A stretch of DNA of 40,274 nt from Thalia democratica (GCA_965202585.1 OZ241826.1:100812001-100852274), one strand, 5' to 3'; numbered from the stretch's first letter, positions 25,012-37,326 are shown. Numbers and translations are program-made. Notes: generated from the sequence alone by a model not told the origin.

Positions 25012-25751
25012 TTTTCTGTTTTTGTTTTATTAGCATAACAGTGCAAAATTTAAGTTTGTGTACAATGTAAACATAAAATGGGAATAATTTTAAACTTTAC
25101 TCAAAGTTATACTAATTATTTACTGCATAATAATATATTTTCTTAGTATTTGAAACAAAATAAATTAAAATATTTGTAGTTTAAAATATAAATAAAATTA
25201 ATTTAAATATTTGTTGTTTATATTTGTATAAATTTAACTTAAATTTATTTCAGTTATACCAAAGTCAGTCATGCAAAAATTGTGGACTAGTCAATTATTA
25301 ACATGCATGTAAAGTAATCAGATGATAGAACTAAAAAAATATTAGAGACTTGCAAAAAAGATGCAGTGAATAAGTTTGTTGTTGTAAATATTTAAAATTG
25401 TATTTTGTAGAACCTAGCAGATCTTAAAAAAATACTAGTTGTTATTATGTTAAACCAACATTACTTATCTATTATAAAATATATTAACACGTGAAAAACT
25501 TTTTGTATAGTTTTAAATCAGACCACTATATTGTTTAATATTTAAAATGTTCTACGAACCTAAAAAGTATTTTTGATGTGTGTTAGTTATATAAACATTT
25601 TCGCAACTGCTTATAGTACAAAAAAAGCAAACTTGACAATTTAATAAGTACAATTTTTAACAAGTAATATTCTCTACAAACTAGAAATATAACACAGAAC
25701 CATTTATAGTATTATTAAAAAAAAACAATAAGTACAAATTTTATTTTCCAG

Positions 25752-25832
25752 AAGAATCCAGGGTGTGTTTAACTAAAGGAAACATTATGGTCGACAAAAT
25801 AATCACAAAACTCTTGTTTAGTTAAAATAAAG
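25752..25832 (+). other. Candidate non-coding 81-nt exon
   Basis: ttttattttccag acceptor and AAG|GTAAAA donor. All frames contain stops. Confidence 0.25.
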
Positions 25833-26618
25833 GTAAAACTTAAAACTGTTGCGAAAAAAAAAGTTTAAGGAAAAGAAACGATTGACTTAAGTTAAAAAGA
25901 TAAAACTTTTAAGTTTAGGGTTAAAAGGTAATTTGCAGAACGCATAAATGATTTATGAACATTTATGAGGTAATTTGATAAGGCGTTTACAGGTGTTTGA
26001 TTCAAAGACGTCATTGCCCGGGCGTATCACTTGTAATTTTATGCTAATGACCTAATAGGAGGTTATATGGTGATATCGCTAATATCAAATTACAGTGATA
26101 CTGTGTATCTTAAGTGTTATTTCTCTTAAGTTAGACCCTACTTTTGCTAACGTTCACGTTTAATAAAAGTTGTTTTATATTATCATATTCAAGTAGTTTT
26201 AATCTTAATTAGTAATTTTCATATATATTACTTCTTCTAATTTAACTGTAATTTAAACAAACTTTCAATACACTTTGATGCTTGAAAGAAAAACGTTCAA
26301 TTTTTACTACCAAATTAGTTTATTAATCTATTCTATAATCATAAAAGTAAAGCAAAACTTTTTGTACTATAAAATTATGAAGTATTGAAAAAATAAAGAA
26401 CAAATTCTCTTCAATATATACAGGTTAACTATTTTGTAATCATGTACAGTAAGAAATATTTGAAAAATGTTTGAAAGAAAAAAAAAAACAAGTTTTTAAG
26501 ACTTTTTGTTAAAAATTACTTAACTCTTAAGTAAAGGTTAAAATTTGTTTTTTTTTTTTACTTCTATTGATATAAAAAAAATTAGTAAATGAAACATTTA
26601 TATATTTTATTTATCCAG

Positions 26619-26690
26619 AAAAGTTTCTCGATAAAACTTTTAACGAAAGAATTCAACTATCTTGGTACTATTTAAGACAAAAAATTATTG
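26619..26690 (+). CDS. Candidate internal coding exon, 72 nt, phase 1-1 (EKFLDKTFNERIQLSWYYLRQKII)
   Basis: tttatttatccag acceptor and G|GTAAGT donor. Only the phase-1 frame is open. Protein not recognised. Confidence 0.55.
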
Positions 26691-26880
26691 GTAAGTATTT
26701 CTCCAGTGCCTAAAAGTTTTTTTTTATTTTACTTTGTGAAAGTTAAGCATTTAATATAACTTTGTATAACCTTTTTTAGTACTTTGCAACTGAATTTTTT
26801 AAATATAAATGATAATTAATGCTTTTTTATTATCCCTGATCAAAAATAATGAAAAACATAGTCTATTTTTAGTCTCATAG

Positions 26881-26928
26881 TAGATTTCGCTTTTGGTACC
26901 AAGGAAAACGTCTCAACACTGTAAATTT
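26881..26928 (+). other. Candidate small exon with tandem acceptors (tagtag) and two donors
   Basis: Acceptors end at 26880 or 26883, donors start at 26921 or 26929 (GTAAGT). Frame ambiguous, e.g. RFRFWYQGKRLNTVN. Confidence 0.3.
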
Positions 26929-27303
26929 GTAAGTGATGTAGTTTAATAACTTAGAGTGATAAGTTTAGCTTAGTTGAACAAAAACAGACTTTCTTATAAT
27001 TTTATAAGATTCACTAAAGAATGATAATATTTTTGTCTAAATAAGTGTCTTAGTATTTTCTAAAAGTCAACTTTTCCATTTTAAATTTAATTTATATATA
27101 CATGTTGATGTTAGTATATTAATTTATTTTTAAAACATCTCTGTTGATAAGGAATTAAAAAACTTTAACTTTTTACTATTAGACAAAAAACCTTAATTCC
27201 CAATAAAATATACTTAATGATTTTTTTATTAATATTAAAATAGTACATATGTGTATATCTATATATAAATATATATAATAGATTTATCTAAAATTTTGAT
27301 CAG

Positions 27304-27377
27304 AAATAGAACGTAGTGTAGAAGTGGTGACCTTAAAATTGACAAAAAAATAATTATTAGCCAAAAACGTGGAACAG
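27304..27377 (+). other. Candidate 74-nt exon, one base short of a phase 1-1 coding exon
   Basis: ttttgatcag acceptor and CAG|GTAAGT donor. Reads EIERSVEVVTLKLTKK then stop; adding one A to the A7 run gives ...KKIIISQKRGT through to the donor. Confidence 0.4.
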
Positions 27378-28649
27378 GTAAGTAACAGACCAAAAATACA
27401 TTTAAACCAAAGAGTAAACTTAATTTTATAGAAAGTTAGATCAAACTAGTTTTTAACTTTTTTTGATATACTTGTTTTTTACTCAAATGATAAAGCTCAT
27501 GAAACCAGCTGCTTAGTTATTGATTTTGAGAGTTTTATAGTTGAGTAAGATCCTATTTGACATATTTAGGACAAATCTTTTTATAGTACTTAAACAAAAT
27601 ATTATACTTGGTTAGAGATGTTTTATGTTTTGCTTTACAAACCTCTTTGCAGACAAACTTATTTTTCTCAAATTAGCTTTTACTTGAAGATATTTTGTAC
27701 ATTTATGTAACTTACACAATTTAATTTACACAGTTTTAAAAATATTTTACAACCCTTAATAGACGTATAAGTTAAAAATCCTGTTGTTTAGACTTGTAAT
27801 AAAATCTTGGTTAAATGACAATTCAAGTTCGGACAATTCAAATTTTAAATAAGAAATCTTTAAGAGGCTATATCTCAAAAATTAATACATATTTTTGAAA
27901 AATAAAAAAGCGGTTTCAGGTCTAAAAAGGTTATGATTGTAAAAATAAACATTTTGAAGAAAATTAATATGTTTTAAAACTCGTTTTAGCCATAAATCAA
28001 AACAAATTACTAGTGTATATTTCTCTTTTAGTTTTGGCAATGTAAATGTTGACCGAATTGAATAAACTAGTTTTGGTAGACGTGTACGATTTGTTTTGAC
28101 TTTTTTCGAGCTTAACAAAAGCAATTGCTAAACAGCTTAATTGACATTAGTATGAAATATTGAGCATTGGAAACATTTATTTTTATATTTATTTTAGAGC
28201 AAAATACTGATTTAAATGATATTTAAAAATATAGTTAGTAAAAATACATGGTATAATCATTAGGGTAATAGTAACTAAATTCAAAAAACTAGAATAAAAA
28301 GCATTGAGCAAAATTTTTTCAACAATAGATCTGAAATATTAACTTAATAACTAAAAATGTTAAAAAAGTAAAAAAAAAAATACTTTAAATTTGATTGAAT
28401 AAAAATAACATGTCTGTAACACAACTTTAATAAAGTAAGTTTTAAAAAAGACCATCTAAAGCAGCAATTTGTTTGCAAAAACTCAAATTTTTACTATCAA
28501 TTTTCTAAAATGCCTATGGTAATTTATTGATAATGCGTTGTAAGATATTTTAATTTTCACGATGATTACAACAATTTTTTATGAAACAAGTTTTAGACTG
28601 TTACTGTATTTTAAGAACTAATTATTTTTTGACACTTTAATACATAGAT

Positions 28650-29245
28650 TAAAAAAATATACATATGACTAAAATTTCATAACAATATATATTTCATGCT
28701 TATTTTATTAGTTGTTTGCTAAGCAATAAAAATAAAGTTTCAAATCAAGCTTATATAGTAAAAATGTAATCAACGTAAAAGTAATAATATTAAAGCAAAG
28801 GATAATTAACAATACATTATTACCTCCAGTTACAATGCAGCTAAAAAATTAATAAAACATAGTTAAAACTTATAAAACAGTTTATGTAAACAACGAAACA
28901 GTATAATCAAAATCTTTATGTTAACACAATTTAGGTTTTCTTAACATGATAAAAATAGCCAAAAGTTTAAGTAAAACAGAAATTTTAAAACATTTTCTAA
29001 TACTTTTAAATCTTTTCAAGTTATAATTACTTGCACAATCAAGGTTGATAACTAGGTGTTCTGCAATTGCAGATCTTTTTGTAGCATTTACTACTCTGAT
29101 AGAATTAGTTTTCTTAATACTCATTTTACAAAATTCATCAATACTTTTTGGAACATGCTCCATTATCCTTTTGCCAAATTGTCTTTAAGTCATTCTGATA
29201 TAACTAGCTTTTCCAGTTTAACGGCTTTTGTGATATTTGTGCTTT
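28650..29245 (-). mobile_element. Penelope-like element 3' fragment (GIY-YIG endonuclease C-terminus plus 3' UTR)
   Basis: Translation SYIRMT*RQFGKRIMEHVPK...KRSAIAEHLVINLDCASNY...LRKPKLC matches the YIG...R..EH...SAIAEHL pattern of PLE GIY-YIG domains. Confidence 0.8.
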
Positions 29246-29284
29246 TGTTATATCGGTAGTTATATTATGTTATATTTTGTTCAA

Positions 29285-29780
29285 GATAATTTGATGAACT
29301 CTGTAAAATGAGTTATAAGAAAAGTAAATCTATCAGAGTTGTATATGATACAAAAATATCTGCTATTGCAGAACACCTAGTAAACAACCTTGATTGTGCA
29401 AGTAATTATAACTTGAAAAGATTTAAAAGTATTTAACATTTTTTTAACATTTCTGATTCACTTAAACTTGTGGCTATTTGTATTTTGCTCAGAAAACCTA
29501 AATTGTGTAAACATAAAGATTTTGATTATATTGTTTCGTTGTTTTCATAAATTGTTTTACAAGTTTTTACTATGTTTTATTAATATTTTAGCTGCATTGT
29601 AGCTGGAGGTAATAATGTTTTGTTAATTAACCTTTGCTTTATTATTATTACTTTTACGTTGATTATATTTTTACTATATAAACCAGATTTGAAACTTTAT
29701 TTTTATTGCTTAGCAAACAAATAGTAAAATAAGCATGAAATATATTTTGTTCTGAAATTTGAGTCATATGTATATTTTTC
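29285..29780 (+). mobile_element. Second Penelope-like 3' fragment, inverted relative to the first
   Basis: Reverse complement aligns to 28650-29150 (roughly 85% by eye) and encodes SAIAEHLVNNLDCASNYNLKRFKSI. Confidence 0.8.
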
Positions 29781-30059
29781 TAAAGAATTTATAACTATTT
29801 TTATAAAATAAAAAGTGAATATTTTAAAAGATTTTTTAAAAATATTTTTAATGAAATATCTTAGTGAAAGTTAAAGTATTACACTCAAACAACAATTAGA
29901 AATAAAAGAAATTCATTTTATAGTTTTTTTAAATGTACTTGATCAATTTTAGAATCTATTTTAAATTTTTGTTCAAGGTTTTGTTTCTGAATTTCATATT
30001 GTAAATTAGTCTATTATTATATTAGAATATTTACAAAAATAAGTATAAATCATACATTT

Positions 30060-30760
30060 TTTGTTTTTTTACGGCCGTTAACTTGGCAAACTTCCAAAGG
30101 TTTTAAAAAACCACTTAGTGGATGTCTACCAAGTAAAAATTTTTCTTTCTTTTTGGTAACGCGATAACTTTTTAGCTATGGAAATCTTATATAAAACATC
30201 ACAAAATAAAACAGCTTTCTAGCTTTCACCAACATTGTGTTTTTGTCATTTATCTGTAAATATTTTTTTTGGGATTACTATGAGACCTTAAATACTAAAT
30301 CTTAAAGTTTTTGGTTGAAAAAGTTTCTACAAGTAGTATTTATCAGAAAACACATTTTAGTCATTTTAAGACAACTTGAAATAATTTTCACATGGGCACA
30401 TATTGATTTTCTCAAAAAAAAAACTTGAATATAGCGAAAAATACTAAAAATTACAGAAAATCAAAAAATGCCCTGATGAAACTTTCTTCAAATTGTTTTA
30501 AAACGCGTATGTTGTACGTTGCGTTTTGGTGATAATTGATTTAATTTAAAAAAATTCAACCAAAAACTTAAAGGTCGAATTTTCAAGCTCCTACACAGTT
30601 TACATAAGAGTTTTTAGACAAAAATCTCAAAAGCGCAATGTTGTAAACAGCTATAATTTTTTTCTTGCTTAGTTTTTCTATGTGATTTGCCGCGCTGATA
30701 TTTTTTTCCATTAGAATTCTCGAGGGTTGGTACAGCAGATAAACTCTATTGTATATGTAG
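30060..30760. mobile_element. Possible non-autonomous DNA-transposon fragments
   Basis: Elevated CpG and complexity relative to flanks, no ORF, and no TIR pair or TSD identified. Confidence 0.2.
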
Positions 30761-31599
30761 TTACTAATGAAATCATAACGTTTAGTAGAATTTTCTTAAA
30801 AGTAGAAAATGTTTTTCATTTTTGATTTAATAAGCAAATTTATACCAATTACAAATAATCTACCATACAAAACTTTTTATTTACTTTTATCAAATATATT
30901 ATGTTTAATGTGTTATTATAATATATAAACTTTAACGTTTACAGTTGCAACTTAAAATTTCAATTGTAAAATAACAAATTCCTGAGTTTTTTTAACAATA
31001 ATACTTATGAGAAATAATAGTTTGCAAATGATATGTTTTACTTTGTAAGTTTTTTTTTTTAAATGATTTCTATTAGTAGTTTTAAAAAATAGGTTGATAT
31101 ATCTTGGGCCACATTTTACTTCAAAAACTTTGTTTATCGACTTATACATGCGGTTTATACAATTTCCTTTAAAGCGAGATTAAAGCCCATTATGTTTATT
31201 AATTAAAGTTATTTGTTAACAGCTTTGAAGTATGTAAATATGTATAATAATATAATGAAATTAACTGAAGCAATTTTTACTGAGCCAGCCACTAAATATT
31301 ATTGCAAAATTTAACGTTCAAACTAAACAATAAGTATTTGAGTCCTGAACAGCTGAAGTGCAAAGCATTACACTTTATAAAAAATATGTACTGTTTAATT
31401 TGAACTTTATATTTTGCATTCAATTAAATCTACTTGACCTTATTTTGTAAACACAAGCATATTTTGTGAATTATATATATTTACTAAGAAAATTGCTATT
31501 AAAACAAATACTTGAAACTTTGTTAAATAGATTATTATACTATTTAAGTAAGTATCAAATAGTAAAAATACGAACGCTTAAACTCTTTGAATTAAAGTT

Positions 31600-31758
31600 A
31601 AAACCGAAATGTTTCGCTTTCCTTTAAGTTGCAAGATAGAAGTTATGCGTAAAAATTAGTAAAAAGAAAGGAGAGAGAAAAATTATAAGAAAAAGTTTTA
31701 GCCGAGCTTCAGAAAAATTTGAGGCAGAAATAATTTTTTTTGCTTAGTTTTTGTTGAG
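31600..31758 (+). other. Candidate non-coding 5' exon (purine-rich leader)
   Basis: AG-rich tract (aaagaaaggagagagaaa) and consensus GAG|GTAAGT donor at 31759. Start approximate. Confidence 0.3.
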
Positions 31759-32695
31759 GTAAGTTGTAGATGTTAAACAAAGGTTTTTTTGCGCAATCTA
31801 TTGAATGTAAGCTAACAAATTAATTTGTATATTTCTATTTGTTTTATTTCGTTAATAGTCACATAGCATCTATAAAAACAAGTGGACATATACAAATATA
31901 AATATACAATAAAAGTTTAATACCGTGGTGATGAAATTTAGTTATTACAACAAACTAACTTAGCTTATAACAACTAACAAATTAAATTTTATATGAGTTC
32001 GAATTAGTAGATGGTTTAAGTAGTAAAGGCGTATGGTCACCGATTTTAAAATATCTTAATACTAGAATGTCAGTTTATTATACCTATGCTAGTTATTCCT
32101 AATTGTATTTTACTAAATGCTGTAAAATTTATCTTTGTGTGTTTGATGAGCTAAAAAAGTCATTAAGTCACGCAAAAATTAAACTCTAGCGCGATTAGTC
32201 GCAATATTTGTAAAAAACAATTTAATTTGAATTTATTATTTGAGATAAACTACAAAAAAAAAAGTGAAATAACAATTTAATTTAGAACAATTATAACTTT
32301 TATTAAACGTTTGAAAAGACCATTTCACAGCAGTTAGTTTGAATAAAGTAACTTGTAAAATCATTATTTAGGTCTTAGTAATAGGGTTAAGATTTTGTTA
32401 TAATTGAAAAAAATGTTTTATTTTACCAAAAAAGTTCGCTTCTACTAAAAATAGCCATATTTTTATAATTTTTATATCTTTATTTAGCAGTGTAGTCGTG
32501 CACCCTAAAATAAAGTTAAAAATATATGAATGAAGTTATCAACAATTTATTAGTATGTTTTTCTTTGAAGTCTTTGACCGGTTTTCATAGAGATTTTTAA
32601 TTTTAAATTATCGTAGACCAAGTAATAATGTAGTGTACTTTAACTAAAATCTACCTTATTCCCGGTATATTTTAGTTTTAAACAAATTAAATTAG

Positions 32696-32756
32696 AACCC
32701 AAAAAGTCTTTATCTATTATACAAACCAAACGTTTTCCTGAGTCCTCAAAGACGTT
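32696..32756 (+). other. Weak candidate exon (EPKKSLSIIQTKRFPESSKT), phase 1-2
   Basis: attag acceptor, open phase-1 frame, weak GTAATA donor. Confidence 0.2.
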
Positions 32757-32998
32757 GTAATAGAAATATAGTATGTTGATAATTTTTTTTGATTAGACTT
32801 TAGGATTTTAGATATTTGTTAAAAACAAACAGACTTTTTTAAATACAAACAGGAATGTTTGTTTCTAAATTTGTACAGAATTTGAGTTTATAAAATTACT
32901 TTTAAATCTTATTATTCCTATGCAATACTTTATAAAAAGAATTAGATACTAGAATGTATAAATAATGTCTGAATTTTAACTACTTACTTTTTTAACAG

Positions 32999-33094
32999 TT
33001 GTTCAAAGCATTCTAAGAATATCCGCCTACTCTTCTTGTTCTAGGGAAATCCCCTTTGGTGACAAACCTACATCGTTTCAAGAACATCTAAAAG
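32999..33094 (+). CDS. Candidate internal coding exon, 96 nt, phase 1-1 (VVQSILRISAYSSCSREIPFGDKPTSFQEHLK)
   Basis: tacttacttttttaacag acceptor and AAG|GTTGTT donor (weak). Only the phase-1 frame is open. GC-elevated. Confidence 0.5.
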
Positions 33095-34331
33095 GTTGTT
33101 AATTTTCTTAAATTATTATCGTATATGTTTTTAAAAATATTTAATTAAAATGATAAATGTAATTAATGAATACTGAAACAAATAAATAATACTTGTATAT
33201 AACCTTTACTACTAAGAACCAATAGATTTCATAGTTGTGTACACTTGAAATATAATAAAAATAATTTTGAAACCATTTTATTGTTTTTAAACATAAAGAC
33301 ATCAAGTTTTTGTTCTATAAAACTCCTGCTCTTTAAAAATAGTATTATTATAACAGTTCATAATGTGCTATAGCTTCCTTATATCAAAAACTTTGCATTT
33401 TTTTTCTCATTTTTTGAGAGACTATCAACTGTTATTTTATTTGTATTTATAGTGTATTGACGTATAAATTTAAAACCGTTTTATTTTTAACCATTCAGTA
33501 AAGTTCAGGGTTGCCATTTTACACAAAACTAGAAATACCTAAATTTAAAAATTTAGGAAAAAAAAGCAAAAGAACATTTATTTTTAGACAAAACAGTTTA
33601 GAAACTTTTAAAACTACTTGAAATAAGGAAAACTTAAAAATGTATAACCCTGAAATTTAGATAAGATAAGAAAATCCTGTAACATTAGTAGCCTGCTTTG
33701 TAATATTTAAAAAAATAGTTTGTTTAGAAAACATGTGTAGAAACCGACAATGTAATCAATATTTTGCAAGATTTTAAAAAGCTTTCAATCTTAATTTTAA
33801 TTTCATACTGAAAATAGGTAAAAAATTGTAGTTTAAATACTTTAGGATAAAGTTAGAACATCTGGTGAAAAAAACAAGAGCCTGCTTGATATTAATTTGT
33901 AAAATATGTTCACGCTTATGATACATAGAATGGTTATTGATTTTTCATGCTTTATAAAAGTAGTTTTGCTAACAACCAAGAAAAAATTATATTTTATTAT
34001 TTAGTTTTTTTTAATACAATGTTCGCAAAAATTAGAATAACTAATTTAATAACTTGTTTCATTTCATTTCTTTTTGTAAATTGAAATTAAAGCTTATAGT
34101 TGACTTTTCTACCACAGTTTTTGAATCACAGTTTAACAAATGTTTCTAAATTTTTGTAATATTTATATGCCTAGTGGTTAAAGACCTATACTTGGACGTA
34201 ACATGTTTAGTATTCTGACTGTTTTCAGATAACACAATAACAAAGTTTGGCCATATATAAATGAAATAACTTATTCAAATATTAAATTTAAGAAAACAAC
34301 AGTTTCGAAACAAAGAAACATATCTCTTTAG

Positions 34332-34378
34332 AATGAAACTTTTTAATAAGCGAAGTCGTCACTTTGTGGGCTATTTTA
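34332..34378 (+). CDS. Candidate first coding exon (MKLFNKRSRHFVGYF, ends phase 1)
   Basis: ctctttag|A ATG (ATG at 34333), 15 codons plus 1 nt, A|GTAAGT donor at 34379. Confidence 0.45.
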
Positions 34379-35757
34379 GTAAGTCTGCTGTCAATAACTA
34401 GTAAAAGGAATTTCAGTATAGGGAACGATTTGAAAACTTTTGGCATTCAAAATAATTTTACTTTTTAGCTTAAGCTTTTGCTTGAATATTTGACCCTTAT
34501 CTAGACTGAAATAAGTTTATTTTGCTGAAAACAATATAGAAATAAAAAATAGCTATGAATATTTCGGCAATTGCGTCCTTTAAGGTAATTTTAGCCATTA
34601 TAAATATTGAATAATATAATGTAAAATAGTAAATTGGAGTTTAATAATAAAGTAGTGAAATCTAATAAAGAGAGTAATATATTTTATGTATCTGCAAAAT
34701 AGATAATTATGAAAATAAGTTAGGTAATTTCTGTTATAAAATTTTGAGCATCTTAGTTATATACTATTTTATACAGTTTAAAAATTAAAAAAAAAAATAT
34801 ATAAGTTTTACCTTTTATAAATTTATCAGTTTTATACTTAAAAGTTTAATTAGACGAGCATAGACGAGTATGAAAAGCCGTACTGAAATTTAAAGGTTGA
34901 AAAATACTCAAGCAAAAACAGTTCTTTATACTAGATATTCTGAAATTTGTAATGAAGAGTTAAGAAAGACAAAATGTCTTAAATAAGTTTAATTTGGGAT
35001 TTTAAACTTACACTAGGTATTTTAACATTCATAATAAAAAGTAAAAAGAAGGACGATACAAACCTTCGGAGGCAATAATTTATAAGACAACAAAAAGATT
35101 TTCTAAGGTTTGTAGTAACGAATTAAAATAAGGTCTGAGCTATATAATATATGAAAGAATTAAACTATATCTACTGGGCGATCATTGTTAAAAATTAAAA
35201 AAAAAGCGATAATGAAAATACCAGAATCCCGTAATAATACACTTATGTCATTTTATTACTCTATTAGTATTTAAGCAAAAAAAATTGTGGTAGTAAATAA
35301 ATTAATAAAGTTATTCTTCTATTATTTAGTTCATTATGCTTGTTAAACTAGCAGTGTTTATTTATTTTTTTATTCTTTCTAAATCAGAATTTTAAAAAGT
35401 AGACCTTTTTTTGAAGATTTTCTATGTTTGTAGTTAAAGTTTCAATAAAAAACAAAATGTTTAAAGTTTTATTACATCACATTAAGCGTTTTGTATCATT
35501 TGATCTTTGCGAATATTTTTTATTTACATTTACCCTTTCAAAACACTTTATAATTCAAAAAATGTTTTGTTTAAGAAATTTGGTAATAGAAAGTGTTTTA
35601 CGCTTTAAACCGTATTCAAACATCATTTAAAAAACTCTTATCACTAAAGTTTGTTTTAATCTCTTTTTCCTTCTCTCGATTATCATTAACAATTTAACAA
35701 ATTATCTTAGTTTCAGTTAAGGGGAAATTTTGTTTACTGAACAAAAAAAAAAAAAGA

Positions 35758-35797
35758 GAACGACAAACATAAAATAAAACTTTTATGTTTGTCGTTC
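35758..35797. repeat. Perfect 17-bp inverted repeat with 6-nt loop
   Basis: gaacgacaaacataaaa-taaaac-ttttatgtttgtcgttc. Confidence 0.9.
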
Positions 35798-36065
35798 AGG
35801 TGTTATTAATTGCAATATGAAATGTTACGGTTAACATTTAAGATTGTTTTATATATGTTACATTTATTATCTCATACTAATTTAAGTTTTGTTTTGTTTT
35901 ACCCACATTAGATATTTGTTGCATTACTTACAAACAAATTTAGATGTTCTTATTTTATATAACAAATAATTTGTTTTTCAATATTTAACATGTGGTATTG
36001 CCTACAATTTAAATGTTGTATACTTATATAAAGATATATCAGATGTAAACGCATCTAAAGTCCAT

Positions 36066-36340
36066 AAAGACAAAATTGCACGAGGGTACTATATTGCACG
36101 AAGACAAAATAGCACGAAGAGTCAATTTTGCACAAAGATACTTTTTTAAAAAGACAAATCTTCACGAGGAGACACATTTGCAGAAAGACAAAATAGCACA
36201 AAGGGTCAATATTGCACAAACATACCTTAGCATCAAGACAAATTTGCACGAGGGGACAAAATTGCATGAAGACAATTTTGAAGCAAGGGACTATTTTGCA
36301 CGAGTTACATTTTTGCACAGAGGGTCATTTTTGCACGAGA
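36066..36340 (+). repeat. ~15-16 bp tandem array (AAGACAAAATTGCACG subtype)
   Basis: Direct repeats seen. They explain the ORF-track calls 36076+ and 36055-. Confidence 0.9.
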
Positions 36341-36673
36341 GCAAATAAAGAAAAAAAAAATAATGAAAATAAAAGATAAATTATTAAAAAACATAAATCA
36401 ATAAAAAGTTACTGATTTGGGATAAGCATAAGGGGTAACAGTGATAGTAAAAACAAAAATGAAAACATAAGTTATAAAAATATTTAAAAAAAATACAAGA
36501 AAAATAAATTAATTATAATAAATTAAAAAAAAGAAAAAAAAAACTACCCATCGAGGTTAAGGCTTAGGAGTAACAGTGATAGTAAAATTTTAAATAATTA
36601 ATTAGTTGAAAAAAAAACATAGTTAAAAGTAAAAAAAAACATATATAAATAAAACTAAATAAAAATTTTTACC

Positions 36674-36829
36674 CGTGCAAAAGTTTCTCTGTGCAAAAAT
36701 TCTACTAGTGCAAATATATCCCCTCGTGCAAAAGTGTCTTTGTGCAAAAGTGACCAATTGTGCGATTTTGTCTTTGTGCAAGAGAAACTTCATGCAATTT
36801 TGTCCGTTCGTGCAAAGTTGACACCTACC
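36674..36829 (-). repeat. ~15-16 bp tandem array, inverted relative to 36066-36340
   Basis: gtgcaaaagt / ttttgtcttt units. The outer end reads GGTAGGTGTCAACTTTGCACG on the - strand. Confidence 0.85.
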
Positions 36830-37204
36830 CATAATAAATACCGTATTAAAAACAAACAATTTAATAAATAAGATTGTAAGAATTAATTTTAAGATGCTTG
36901 TATTTAAAAAAATTATATGGTAAAATTATATTTTTAATCAAATTTCAGATAAATTTAAAGGTGAAATGACCCCTGTCATGTACTTTTTTCTGACAGTTCC
37001 TATTATAAACCATGTACTAAAAAACAAAAATTACCAAACTTGGCATTACTAAGCTTAATCTTATTATAAGAAGTTATTATTTAATTAAGTTGAGTTTTTT
37101 TATTAAATATTTCGCTATAATTTAGATATTTCTTAAAAAAATTTTAGTTTAAAACAAATAAATCAAATTTACCAAAAGTATTGTAAAAATATGACACTTT
37201 TCAG

Positions 37205-37326
37205 ATGTTAACATGAAATCAGCCAGGAATAGATAAGAGGAACAAGTTTGCCTGTGTTACAAGTCAAAAAATGAACCATGCAATCAAATCCAGAAGCCGA
37301 CCATATTCTTAGAAGCTGAAAAAATG
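37205..37326 (+). other. Candidate 122-nt exon, no fully open frame
   Basis: cacttttcag acceptor, GC-elevated, weak ATG|GTTCGT donor. The phase-1 frame has a single TAA after DVNMKSARNR. Confidence 0.3.

Noticed and set aside
30473-30479. CTGATGA hammerhead ribozyme core near the Penelope-like fragments
   Set aside because: No correctly spaced GAAA or supporting stems were found, and it lies ~700 bp outside the PLE arms.
36055-36859. ORFs 36076+ (MHEGTILHEDKIARR...), 36055-, 36623-, and likewise 24635- and 24798-
   Set aside because: They are translations of stop-poor 15-16 bp tandem arrays and show no domain similarity.
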